This document shows, one piece after another, positions 44,081-57,300 of a stretch of 64,000 nt of DNA; within the stretch, counting starts at the first letter, position 1, and each line of letters opens with the position of its first letter. The stretch lies in the NCBI GenBank assembly GCA_964016885.1, contig OZ024741.1, forward strand, positions 148,986,001 to 149,050,000, given 5' to 3'. This DNA comes from Eledone cirrhosa (Eukaryota). Below the pieces are notes generated by a model. The model was not told the origin of the DNA. It searched no databases and saw only the letters and a program-made list of their open reading frames with translations. The translations under genes were made by a program, and so were the position numbers.

Positions 44081-44082
<2 letters not shown>
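40680..44082 (-). mobile_element. Neptune-type PLE (GC-rich), 5'-truncated and frameshifted, flanked by (TA)n
   Basis: MGTRIGPNYANLFVG...YGRYIDDCIG...HFLDISV...KPTDSHSY, Cys linker CSRPRCNTCPHI, and YVGQTGRRLADRFTEHLRDI. Confidence 0.92.
40769..40803 (-). ncRNA. Minimal hammerhead core (GUC) in the Neptune pLTR; local stem I not evident
   Basis: CTGAGGA a-gggc-ttat-gccc GAAA c-gtc-g TC. A degenerate homolog lies at 59288-59320. Confidence 0.65.
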
Positions 44083-44147
<65 letters not shown>

Positions 44148-44509
44148 CAAAGGTATATATTGAGTTAGGAACTCAAAATAGTCTCTTACAACCAAATAGC
44201 TCTAAGAAAGAGATATTTCCGAGCCGTATATTATAATTGAATATAAAAGAAAAACGAACACAGATATACACATATATGAGTTCAAATCGTAAGGGACCAG
44301 ATTCGCTAAGGTGAAAAGAATACTAACTATAGACAATTGGGTTTGCTTATCTCAATTTAAGATTGAGTTCCTAGCTCAATATATACCTTTGATATATTCG
44401 GCTCCGTTAATTTGTTGAGCTATTTCAAATGTCGAATAAACCTGGCTGCTATTTTTAGTCGTGTGGGTTTGTGAGACACACTAGGACACCATGTGCGCTA
44501 TTATTATTA

Positions 44510-44800
44510 TTATAATGTACTGGGTAATTTGCTGGCCTTGTGCTAATAGTAGAAACAATTATTATTATATATATAATCCCGCCGAGGTTGACTTTGCCTT
44601 TCATCCTTATAGGGTCGATAAAATAAAGTACCAGTAATGCACTGGGTAATTGCTGGCCTTGTGCCTAAAGTAGAGACAATTATTATTATATATATATTAC
44701 TGGTACTTTATTTTATCGACCCCGTAAGGATGAAAGGCCGAGGTTAACTTTGCCTTTCATCCTTATGGGGTCGATAAAATAAAAGTAGAAACAATTATTA
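44510..44800 (+). mobile_element. Cluster of 3-4 truncated tRNA-SINE 3' ends, one with an internal inversion
   Basis: Repeated ggccttgtgc..agtagaaacaattatta and cgaggttgactttgcctttcatcc. Confidence 0.85.
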
Positions 44801-44857
44801 TATATAGCACACTATTCAGTTTTTTAATATACTTAGAAGTGTCTAGGATACTAATTT

Positions 44858-44935
44858 ATCACCCACTGATGAGCATAAATTGGTAATTCTATTCACAATT
44901 AACATTGCGAAACAACACCAAGTTGTTTGGGTGAT
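44858..44935 (+). ncRNA. Type I hammerhead (GUU)
   Basis: atcaccca CTGATGA gca...tgc GAAA caac-accaa-gttg TT tgggtgat. Stem I is a perfect 8 bp. Confidence 0.9.
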
Positions 44936-45107
44936 TGGTAGTTACCACAATTCCGGTTTGTATTTATTTTCTTAATTTTTTCTTAAATTGAGATAAGCAA
45001 ACCCAATTGTCTATAGCTAGTATTCTTTTCACCTTAGCGAATCTGGTCCCTTACGATTTGAACTCATATATGTATATATCTGTGTTCGTTTTTCTTTTAT
45101 ATTCAAT

Positions 45108-45178
<71 letters not shown>

Positions 45179-45212
45179 CACAAGGATCAAAGCTATGTTC
45201 AAAACATTTATT

Positions 45213-45259
45213 CACTTACAATTGTTTCATCCAAACCTAGGCTTGTAGTCTTCGGAGCA
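45213..45259 (-). ncRNA. Hammerhead with variant core CCGAAGA (GUA); mutated twin (CCAAAGA) at 53872-53920 +
   Basis: tgct CCGAAGA cta-caagcc-ta-ggtttg-gat GAAA c-aatt-g TA agtg. Confidence 0.62.
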
Positions 45260-48200
45260 TTTTTTAATGCTTGTACATATAATTGTCCTCCTATCCAACG
45301 CAAGAGACATACAGATACATATATATATATATTGATGTACAGTAGACATATAAAATCAAAATTAAAATACATGCGGCAGATAACACAGATAATGCAAGAG
45401 AATAGTCCAATAATTAGATCTAGTAGATAGTGTATGTGTTAGTCATATATAGAGCATGCAAGTGTGTCTCATTTATATAAGAGTATTGTGTGGCAAGGTA
45501 TTACATGTAATACAAGCACTTTTGAACATAGCTTTGATCCTTGTGAATTCTATATAACTGCTCTGTAGAACAACTGACGTTCTTACATTGAGCTATTTAT
45601 CTTACTGGTAATAAGGTAGTAATAAATTACTGACCTTCCCTGTTTATAGTTTAAAATATACATAACTACAAATAGTATCCTTAATATTATTAACTGCTCC
45701 ATACTGTTGAGCTAACATACATTAAATTACCAGTATGCTGATCAAAGACCAACTTCCTATGTCAACTAAGAACATACCAATACCATCCAAAGATACATAC
45801 GAAAAATTATTGATCAATAGTGTCAACTCCTTTATCAATAGAGTGAGATGGAGGACATTCCATTATGATAAAAACAGATCTAACAAAATTGATGACGCTA
45901 ACAAATTCGACTCCTTCGGCTTTAAAACTTTTAGAGGCCCCTTCACAACACACTATTAAACTCCTTTGAAAATGACCTAATAAAACTAGTTAAGAACATT
46001 AAATACAATAAGCATCGTAATAGAAACACCTTCTTAAACAAACTTAACTCCTCTATTAAGGGATTCAAAACAAGTAGTAAAATTATTGTGCATGCAGATA
46101 AACCTAATAATATATACAGCCTAGATTATGATACATTTAGAAAATTTATATATAAAGAACTACACAGGAGCTATAAGAAAACTACTATTAAAAACCTAGA
46201 AGATATTAATTTGGAAGGCCGTAATATAGTGTCCAAATTGGGACTTCAGAGACATACACAACCATACACCCCTAACCCCCTAGATTCTCTCTGAAGGACC
46301 ATAAGGAAGATTTCATTAGTAACCCTTCGATAAGACTAATCTGCCCTTCCAAGTCTGACATTGGCATTATCAGTAAGAACATTTTAGATAAAATCATCCC
46401 ACAGATTAAACACAAAATATACCTTAAACAGTGGGGAAATACGGGGGAAGTTATTGAATGGTTTAAGGATATTAAAGAGAACAAAAATAAAAAATGTATT
46501 CAGTTTGATATCAATTCATACTACACTTCTATTTCCCCTATCCTATTAAATAAGGCACTAATTATGGCCATGAACAATAGTGACCTGACTAAATCCCAGA
46601 TTGATGTCATACTTGCGGCTCGTAAAACCATAATCACATTTGAAGATCAGTTATGGACCCGCAAGGATACGCATAACAACTTTGACATAACTATGTGATC
46701 TAGTGACTCAGTGCAGGTCACTGATTTGGTGGGCCTATACCTACTAAATGAAATCCATAAGGACCTACCATACTTCAACGGTGGTTTGTACCACGATGAT
46801 GCACTACTCCTTATAGACTATAAAAAATTTAATATAGAAAGAACTAGGAAACACCATTAAAATCTCCTACTCTACCACGGCTAACATAGCATACCACATA
46901 CCTAGTAGCAATAAAAGAAAGATTAATACTTACTTTCAACAAACTAAAGCACAGCAGGGGGTAAACTTTCAAAACAACATAATAACTACAAACCCTGATA
47001 TCAATAGTAATAATAGTAGTAACACTAATGAAATCAATAGCATTAGGAGCGACAACCTTCATAGCCATAATGCAATACCTAGCAACCAGACTTCTACACA
47101 ACATAATAATCGACAGGTTAACATCCAAAATAAATGTAACTGTAGATCTAATAGAACCTGCCCTTTAGGTAAAAACTGCTTAATCAAGGACATCATTTAC
47201 TCATGCACGGTCAGAACTAGCAACTCTTCTGAAACCTATATAGGCTCTACTTCGAACTGCTTCAAAACGAGATACAACTCACATCTCCATTCTTTCAAAA
47301 AACAGTCTAGCCAACTCCACTTCACTATCTAGCTACATACACTATCTGAAAACTAGGAATAGATCATATACACTTCAATGGGAAGTGATAGGTAGGGCAG
47401 CATCGTACAAACCACCTAATACATTCTGTAACCTCTGTCTACTAGAGACCCATACTATAATCTTTTCGAACCTTAACCCCCTTAATAAAAATCGGAAGTG
47501 TTTGCATCATGCCAGCACCGCTTCCGACACTCCTTCCAAAGCTTTAAACCTAGTATATAACAATGTCAGATTTGAACTCATCACCACTTTTAACACTGCA
47601 CCTCAAGGGCTTGCCTACCACCACTACACCACACTCTCTGATCCACCCTTTCCTCGACACAAATCATTCTATCTATATATAACTTTATACCCTAGAAATA
47701 TCCCCATAAACACCAACTTTTAATATAATTACTTTTGATTACTTATAATTATATAGGGATTGAAATATAATACAGTTTATATAAACTTTAAATACTGGAT
47801 ACAACAATGAATTATATATGCATTTGTAATTGGATATATATAGGATTAATTTATTAACATAAGGGATTTGACTAACTTATATGTAGTGTGGTGCAATGAA
47901 TTATATATGAATTATATATGCATTTATAACTTAATGGATAGATTAATGACATTGTATTAGGGGGATGAATTTGTTTACCCAAGAGATGTACCTAATTCTA
48001 TCATGCAAGCAGCCGTACGCTGCTCCATAGCTTACCAAAGGTAATGTAGACAAAAATCTAATTGGACCTTTAATATGTTTTGAGAGTAGACTGTATTTAA
48101 AGTGAATTTGATATAAAGATATAGCACTTTGCGTGGGAAATTCAATTATAGCGCTATATAATAAGGAGTAATCAACTTCCTATAGATACCTTTAATACAT

Positions 48201-48847
48201 TATGATAGAGTAGACTGTATTTAAAATTAAATATAAATATATAACCTTTTATATAAGGGACTCAATTGAGGCACCATATAATGTATGTTAGAACAATGAA
48301 TTTAGTTATGAGAATTAGCTAGTTACCTCCCCTTACGCATTAACTCCCCTTAATTGCATACCTACTTCAGGATAATAAACCGCTGTAAATTCTCGCAGCA
48401 GAAAGAACCTATTCTATAAATATGGATTAAATAACACTGAGCCTCAATACATTACAATCCTTTACTACATCAAACATTCAATACGTATACATCGTAACAT
48501 ATGTGAAGGATGTGAAAACTATAACTTCCTTTTTCTGGATGTGAAAATGGTGGTGGATGTGAAAACTATAACTTTCTTTTTCTTTTTCTGCACACATACT
48601 AATTTGATCTATACAAAAAATACCCTCTCACTACAACCACCATAATACTCTTGCTTACCCGCTTAAAGTGCTTGTATTACATGTAATACCTTGCCACACA
48701 ATACTAGTATATAAATGAGACACACTTGCATGCTCTATATATGACTAACACATACACTATCTACTAGATCTGATTATTGCACCATTCTCTTGCATTATCT
48801 GTGTTATCTGCCGCATGTATTTTAAATTTGAATTACTATACAAATAT

Positions 48848-51800
48848 ATTATCATCATCATCATCACCGTTTTACGTTCGTTCTTCCATGCTAGCATGGG
48901 TTAGACGGGTTGTCCTGTTGTGGGCAGTGTCTGGTCGGCTAACCATGCCTTGCTCATACAGGAACTGATTTTGGCTTGATTTCTACAGCTGGATGCCCTT
49001 CCTAACACCAACCTCATTTACAGTGAGTGCTGGGTGCTTTTTTCCGTGGCGCCTACACGTCCACTTTACAGTGTGGGCTGGGTGCTTTTTTGCCGTGGCA
49101 CCTCCACGACCACCTTGCAGTGGGAGGGTGTAGGGGCATATTGTCTATATGCTTCAGCTTGTACCCATGGGAGGTCGAGTACTCTGTATTACTGCGTGAC
49201 GCCAGAGGTCACGGTCGTGTGTCATCGCCTTTGAGAGGTGTATAGCGAGGATACTGAGTTGTATGAATGTAACAAAACGAGACATGGTTTGTGTGTATAA
49301 TATTTAATTAACAATGGTAGATAGTATAGTTGACCTGTCAATAGGAATAGATGTTAGAATGAAACAAAGTTAGTAGTTACCGTTTTGATTGCCAGGCAAA
49401 CGCGGCTGGCAGAGGACGCCTGGCTAAGGCCAGGCGCCTGTTGGCCAAATTAATGGCAGAGCCAAATGTGAGGCTCTTGACCTGGTGCCGAAAAGGCAAA
49501 GAGAGAAAGGAAGCTTAAAGTTGTTAGTTTTATAGGGCTCTGACCGGAAGTTGCAGAAAGGGTTCTACTTCCCGTCTAGATCCCAATCAAAACAAGGGAG
49601 ACAACCGCTACATAACCTCCCGCCAGAATTTTAGTGTATAAAAATCGAAATGAAAATATGTAGCAAGTTGGCGAGAATGTTGTAACAGGCATGAAAATTA
49701 CGACAAAAGAATGTTTGGAAAAATCAATGATAGATATCAAGGTAGCCAACCGCTCTTGGCCAGAGAACGACTGGACATCCATCTATCCATCACCCAAAGA
49801 TACAATGTAATAAAGTAAAAGTAAGAGAAGAGCTCAAAGTTCAAATGTACAAAATATAGTTCACAGGTGTGCAATCACATGACAGCAGGAAAGAAAGTGT
49901 GTTCCAGAGAATGAATGCAGGTGGTCTCTGTTCTGTGGTATATCGTGAAATTTCCAACCTCCGAATGGATTTTCTCACAGGGAGAGTGCTGCAAAAATAA
50001 ATTCTCTGGCGTTCTGCTGGTTGTTGGTGAAGCTGTGTTGATGTATTGCTGCTGCTGCTGTTGTCTCGCTGAGTGAGCGTATTCGGTGTTTAAATTCACA
50101 GTAAAAAAAAAAAAATTTTTTTTTGTTTTTTGTTAGAAAAAATGAGTTGCGCAAAGTGCTAGAAATAGCAGCCGAAGTTGATGGTCGATGTTGAGAATGC
50201 GTTGACCTGGAAGGGTCAAGAGGCCAGCGACCAGAGAAATAAGCATTCTTAATAAATGCGCGGTTATCAACGGTAAATTTACATTGTAAATTTATAAACC
50301 GGCAAATAGAAGAATATAGCTTAAGGCTGAAGAACCCCTGGTGAGAAATGTTATCTCTGGCGTGCGGCTGTCTGTGAGTAGAGACATCTCTGTGAATCGA
50401 GAATTTGTGCTGCCTACACGTGCCAATACAAGGTTGAAAAAAATAATATTTCTAACGCGCGAGAAAATGATAGTGCAATTTTGAAAGTGACACTGGGTTG
50501 TATGAATGTAACAAGGAATACATGTTTTGGGTGTATAATATTTAATTAACAATGGTAGATAGTATAGTTGACCTGTCAATAGGAATAGATGTTAGAATGA
50601 AACAAAGTTAGTAGTTACCGTTTTGATTGCCAGGCAAACGCGGCTGGCAGAGGACGCCTGGCTAAGGCCTGGCGCCTGTTGGCCAAATTAATGGCAGAGC
50701 CAAATGTGAGGCTCTTGACCTGGTGCCGAAAAGGCAAAGAGAGAAAGGAAGCTTAAAGTTGTTAGTTTTATAGGGCTCTGACCGGAAGTTGCAGAAAGGG
50801 TTCTACTTCCCGTCTAGATCCCAATCAAAACAAGGGAGACAACCGCTACAGGTGTAATTGGGTAAGGTCGGCTTTTATCACCTCATCCCAGGTCTTCTTG
50901 GGTCTCCCCACTCCACGGTTTCCATTGACTTCTAGTGCTCTGCACATTTTTATGCAGCTGTCATCCTTCATACGCATCACATGTCCATACCAACGCAACC
51001 GCCTCTCCTGCACACAGCATTTGATTCCTCTTATGCTCAGTCTCTCTCTCAATTCATTTATGCTTTGTCGTTCGCGTATATTACTATTACACATCCATCG
51101 GAGCATGCAGGCTTCGTTTCTTTCTAATCTACGTAAGTCTTCCACCTTCAGCGCCCAGGTTTCACTACCATGTAACATCGCTGTTCGGATATACGCATCA
51201 TACAGTCTGCTTTTCATTTTGAGGGAGAAGCCTTTTGCAGCTAGCAGTGGCAGTAGTTCCCTAAACTTCTTCCATCCCGTTCTTACCCTAGTTATTGTAC
51301 TTTCTGAACACCCATCTCCGCTGCTAATTCGGTCACCTAAGTAGCAGAAGCTGTCTACTGTTTCTACAGAGCCCTCCCAGAGATTGGTGGTACTTGTTTC
51401 CTGTGGCTGTTTGCTACTTGCTGTCCCAGCAGAGCTGCTGCATGTGAAGCCTACATTCTTAATTAAGCTTCCTGAGATCCCGCTACATCTCTTGTGTACT
51501 CATTGTTTGCATTTGGGGCAGAGAATGGAGTTCCTACCTACACCTTTCCTACATACTGAGCAAGGCCATTTCCCTGAGGGGATCTGGGTTCTGTTTTCTC
51601 TTCTACTTACTAGGATCTTAGTCTTTGTCAGGTTGATTTTGAGACCCTTTCTTTCTAGTCCCTGCTTCCAAGTTTGGAATTTCTTCTCTAGTTCTACCAT
51701 AGATTGAGCTATAAGTGCTAAGTCATCTGCATACAGGAGTTCCCATGGGCATCCGGTCTTAAACTCCTCCGTTATTGCCTGCAGGACTGATGAACAGGAG

Positions 51801-53773
51801 AGGGCTAAGAACAGAGCCCTGGTGGACCCCAACCTGTGCGCTAAATTCCTCGCTATACTCATTGCTAATCCTAACTTTGCTGACTGCTCCCCTATACATG
51901 GCTTGTACAGCTTTCACAAGCCATTCATCTACTCCTAGTTTTCTAAGAACCCACCAGATTATAGCACGTGGAACTCTGTCAAAGGCTTTCTCGAGATCGA
52001 CGAATGCCAGGTAGAGTGGCTTACTTTTAGCTAGGTACTTTTCCTGTAACTGCCTCACAAGGAAGAGGGCATCAGTGGTGCCTTTTCCTGGCACAGACCC
52101 AAATTGCATCTCATCTAGTTTCACCCGGTCCCTAATCAACTGTGCTATAACTCTTTCTGTTACTTTCATGACCTGGTCCATCAGCTTTATACCTCTATAG
52201 TTTCCTCTATCTAGTGCATCACCTTTACCTTTGTAGCAGTTGACAATGATGCTACTGCACCAATCTTTTGGTATGACACCTTCTAGTATTACCTGGTTAA
52301 CAATACGTGTGGTTATAGTGTGACCTACAGACTCAGATGCCTTTAGCATCTCGGCAGCTATACCCGATGGACCGGTTGCCTTCCCCATCTTCATATCTTT
52401 GATTGCCTTACTTACTACGCTGCTGCTGACTTGTACTGCTGGCCCCTCTATAGGGTCTACTTGGGGTAGGGTCTCTTCTTCCCATGCATTCTCCTCATTT
52501 AGTAATCTATCATAATGGCTCTTCCATGCATCTTTCTTCTCAGCACTTGTGAGGGAAAGCTCACCTTTATCATTCCGGATACGCTTCTCTCCAATGACAT
52601 CACAATTCTCTCTGACACACTGCTTCGCAATCTTGAACACCTGTTTCTGGTCCTCACGTTGCAAAACATGCTTGAATTATCTATCCTCTGCTTCCCTCCT
52701 AGCTAAGTATACTTGTCGCCTAGCTTCCCTCTTGGTCTCTATGTAATGTACCCTGATCCCCCCGTTCTTCCATTCTTTCCATGCCTGTCTCTTGGCCTTA
52801 ACTGCCTCATCTACCTTATTGTTCCACCACCAAGTCACTCTCCTCCTGCTTGTGGTCTTACTCCAGCCACAGATCTCATCCGTCGCCTCTAGTAAGTTAT
52901 TTTTTAGGAACTCTCAGTGCTCTTCTACATTGAATGTCTCTATGTGTTGTTCTTTACTGTCGTAGGCGTTGAGTAAAAATTTTTAAATCTGTTATTGGCT
53001 GAGGGGTCTTTCAGCTTCCAGATCTTTCTTCTCCAGGTTGGCCTCTGTTTCCAGGTTCGTCTAGTTCTGACCGTGAGGTCGCTGACAACTAAGCTATGTT
53101 GGGAGGTACATTCCTCACTAGGGTAGGCTTTTGTGTTTACGACCGTCCATCTGTCACGTCCTCTGATGAGGATAAAAATCTATCTGACTAGAATGCTCCC
53201 CTGATCTATAGGTGATCAGGTGGTTGTCGGGTTTTTTGAAGTTTGTGTTACATATCGACATGTCATTGGCGTCGCAGAATTCTAGAAGTCTGAATCCTTC
53301 TTCATTTCTTGTGCCAACCCCATGGCCTCCATGGACTCTATTGAAGCCGTCACGGTGTTTACCTACGAGTCCATTAAAATCTCCTGCGATGATTAGGAAG
53401 TCATTGTCATTTGTTAGAGCAGTAGTGTGCATTAGGGACTCGTAAAACCTATCCTCAAGTTCGTCTGGCAACCCTGATTGAGGTGCGTAAGCTGATATTA
53501 TTGTGGTAATTGTTTTATTCAGGACTAGTCTGAGTTTAATGATTCTTGCATTTACCCTGTACACTGAGATTACTTTATCTACCCACTTGTCAGATAGTAG
53601 GATACCTACACCACCCATCCCATCGTCATTTCCCACCCAGAAAAATTTGTAGCACTGACTTTTTCCTACAAGGATTCTAGCAGACTCTCCTCTCCATCTA
53701 GTCTCTTGCACACAGCATACATCAATTTCCTTTCGCTCTAGCATTTCTACGATTTCTCCTGCTCTTCCTTAGT
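48848..53773 (-). mobile_element. Near full-length RTE LINE (APE + RT, few frameshifts), interrupted by an LTR element
   Basis: IDVCCVQETRW, IIAGDFNG, NYRGIKLM, LAFVDLEKAFDRVP, HQGSVLSPLLF, LLYADDL and RLRWYGHVMR. (TGA)n tail at 48850-48866. Confidence 0.95.
49241..50850 (-). mobile_element. Non-coding miniature LTR element (TRIM-like) with 4-bp TSD GGTG
   Basis: Direct repeats 49241-49612 and ~50479-50850. Termini TGTAGCG...CGCTA(T/C)A. PPT-like ggcgggaggtta abuts the 3' LTR. TATAAAA and ATTAAA on the - strand. TSD at 49237-49240 and 50851-50854. Confidence 0.88.
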
Positions 53774-54095
53774 ATAATATATGTCGCCCCACTGTGCATC
53801 AATATATATATATGTATCTGTATGTCTCTTGCGTTGGATAGGAGGTCAATTATATGTACAAGCATTAAAAAATGCTCCAAAGACACCAAGCCTAGGTTTG
53901 GATGAAACAATTGTAAGTGAATAAATGTTTTGAACATAGCTTTGATCCTTGTGAATTCTATATAACTGCTCTGTAGAACAACTGATGTTCTTACATTGAG
54001 CTATTTATCTTACTGGTAATAAGGTAGTAATAAATTACTGTCTTTCACTGTTTAGGGTTTAAAATATACATAACTATAAATAGCATCCTTAATAT

Positions 54096-54183
<88 letters not shown>

Positions 54184-54389
54184 GACATCTGTTCAGTCTT
54201 CAACCAAAATTAGATTGTCGTCTGCTTTGTTTGAAATTTGTATATTTCTAATAAGTTGTTGCCTCGTTTTGGAGGACTGAGTTGTTGGAGGGAGGGTTTA
54301 ACATACAGTAGTATATCTCCTCTTCCCTCTCTCTTTCACTGAAACGTCTTCTCTTTCCTCCTCCATTGTAAAGATGTCCCCAGGGGTTC

Positions 54390-57300
54390 CATTATTTGCC
54401 GTGATGCTGACACGACCACTTTACAGTGTGGGCTGGGCGCTTTTTGCCATGTCGCCATCATGACCATTTTACAGTGTGGGCTGGAGGCTTCCCTGGATTT
54501 ATATTTCAGCTTGTCCTCGTGGGAGTGAGTGGGGTGGTGTATATTATACATATGTTTCATCTTCGGCCTGTACCCATGGGAAGTCAGATCTTCTGTATTA
54601 CTGCGTAACACCAGAGATCTCGGTCCTGTGTCATCGCCTTTCAGAGGTGCAATTGGGCAAGGTCAGTTTTTATCACCTCATCCCAAGTCTTCCTGGGTTT
54701 CCCCACTCAATGGCATCCATCGACTTCGAGCGCTCTGCACCTTTTTATACAGCTGCTATCCTTCATACACATCACATGTCCATACTAATGCAATCTCCTC
54801 TCCTGCACACTGCATCTGATTCCTCTTATGCTTAGTTTTTCTCTCAGTGTGTTTATGTTTTGCCGTTCACGTATATTACTATTACACATCTATCAGAGCA
54901 TGCAAGCTTCATTTCTTTCCAATCTACGCAAGTCTTCTGCATAAGCGCCCAGGTCGCACTACTATACAACATTGCTGTTCATATGCAAGCATCATAAAGT
55001 CTGCCTTTCATTTTTTTGGAAAAGCCTTTTGTATCTAGCAGTGGTAGTAACTCCCTGAACTGCTTCCATCCCGTTCTTACTCAGGCTACTGTACTTTCAA
55101 AACACCCACCTCCGTTTCTAATTTTGCTACCCAGGTAGCAGAAGCTATCTACTGTTTCTACTGAGCCTTCCCAGAATTTGATAGTGCTTGCTTCCTGTAG
55201 TTGTTTGCTGCTTACAGTCACAGTGCAGCCAGTACATGTAAAGCCTACGTTTTTAACTAAACTTCCTGAGATTCCACTACATCTTTTGTATATCCATAGT
55301 TTGCATTTGGAGCAGAAGATGGTATTTCTACCTACACCTTTCCTACATACTGAGCAAGGCCATTTCCCTGAGGAGATCAGGGTTCTGTTTTATCTTCTAC
55401 TTACTAGGATCTTAGTCTTTGTCAGGTTGATTTTAAGACCTATTCTTTCTAGGCCTGCTTCCATGTTTGGAATTTCCTCTCTAGTTCCACCATAGATTTT
55501 GCTATGAGTGTGAGATTATTTGCGTATAGGAGTTCCCACGGGCAGCCGATCTTTAACTCCTCTGTTATAGCCTGTAGTACGATAATAAACAAGAGAAGGC
55601 TAAAAACAGACCACTGGTGGACGCCAATCTGCATGCTAAATTCCTCGCTTTAGTCATTGTTAATCCTAACTTTGCTGACTGCTCGCCTATATATGGCCTG
55701 TACGGCTTTCACAAGCTACTCATCTACTCCTAGTTTTCTGAGAGCCCCCCAGATTATGGCATGGGGTACTCCATCGAAAGCTTCTTCCAGATCAACAAAT
55801 GCCAGGTAGAGTGGCTTACTTTTAGCTAGGTACTTTTCCTGTAACTGCTTCACCAGGAAGAGAGCATCTGTGGTGCTTTTGCCTGGTATAAATCTGAACT
55901 GCATCTCATAGATTTACTTGGTCCCTAATCAGCTGTGCTATAACTCTTTCATGACCTAGTCTATCATCTTGATACCTCTATAGCTTCCTCTATCCAGTGC
56001 ATCTCCTTTACCCTTGTAGCAGTTGACAATGATGCTGCTGCGCCAATCATTCAGTATGACGCCATTTAGTATTACTTGGTTTATAATATGTGTGGTTATG
56101 GTGTGACCTACAGACCCAGATGCTTTCAGCATCTCAGCAACTATTCCTGATGGACTGGATACTTTCCCCGGTTTTCATATCCTTAATTGCCTTACTTACT
56201 ACACTGTTGCTGACTTGTTCGGCTGGGCTCTCAATAGGGTCCACTTGGGCTAGGATCTATTTCTCCCATGTATTCTCCTCATTCACTAATCTTTAATAAT
56301 TGTTTCTACTTTTGGCACAAGGCCAGCAATTACCCAGTACATTACTGGTACTAATCTTTAATAATGGCTCTTCCTCGCAACTTTCTACTTGGTGCCTGTA
56401 AGGGCAAGTGTTCCGTTATCCCAGACACTTCTCACTAATGACATCACAATTTTTTCTAATGCTCTAATCCTGAATACCTGTTTCTGGTCCTCACACTGCA
56501 AAACATGCTTGAATTTTTATCATCTGCTTCCCTCCTCGCTAAGTATATTTGTTGTCTAGCTTCCTTCTTGGCCGCTATGTAGTGTACCCTGCTTCCTGCA
56601 TTTTTCCATTGTTGCCATGCCTTAATTGTCTCATCTACTTTATTGTTCCACCACCAAGTCATTCTCCTTCTCCCCGTAGTCTTGCTCCATCCACAGATCT
56701 CGTCTGTCGCTTTCAGTAGGTTATCTTTTAGGAACTCCCAATGCTCTTTTATATTGAATATCTCTATCAGTTCTTCTTTACTGTCATATGCGTCAAGCAG
56801 AATCTCTCTAAATCTGTTACTGGCTGAGGGATTTTTCAGCTTCCATATCCTTTTCCTCCAGGTCGGCCTCTGTCTTTCTGTTGGCCTTGCTCTAACTGAA
56901 GTTGCTAACTACTAGGTTGTGTTGGGAGGTGCATTCCTCACCAGGGAAGGATTTTGTGTTTACTATCTCATTCTTTGGTAAGGATAAAATCTATTTGGCT
57001 AGCATGTTCACCAGATCTATAGGTGATCAGGTGGTGGTCGAGTTTTTTTAAGTTTGTGTTACATATTGATACGTTATTGATGTCACAGAATTCTAGGAGC
57101 CTGAAACCTTCTCCATTTCTATCACCAAACCCGTAGCCTCCATGGACTCTGTATAAGCCATCACAGTGTTTCCCATTAAAGTCCCCTGCGATGATTAGTA
57201 AGTGATTGTCATTCATTAGAGTAGTGTTAGGGACTTGTAAAACCTATCTGAGTTCGTCTGTTAACCCAGATTGGGGTGCGTATGCAGATATAATTGTGGT

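Larger units (their letters stand above)
45175..54100 (+). mobile_element. Full-length decayed PLE: inverted 5' pLTR (45175-45520), ORF remnants 45735-47545, and a 3' pLTR split by an RTE insertion
   Basis: MSTKNIPIPSKDTYEKLLINSVNSFINRVRW, QFDINSYY, YHDDALL, YIGSTSNCFKTRYNSH and CNLCLLE. 48668-48830 and 53775-53957 are reverse complements of 45175-45520. Confidence 0.88.
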
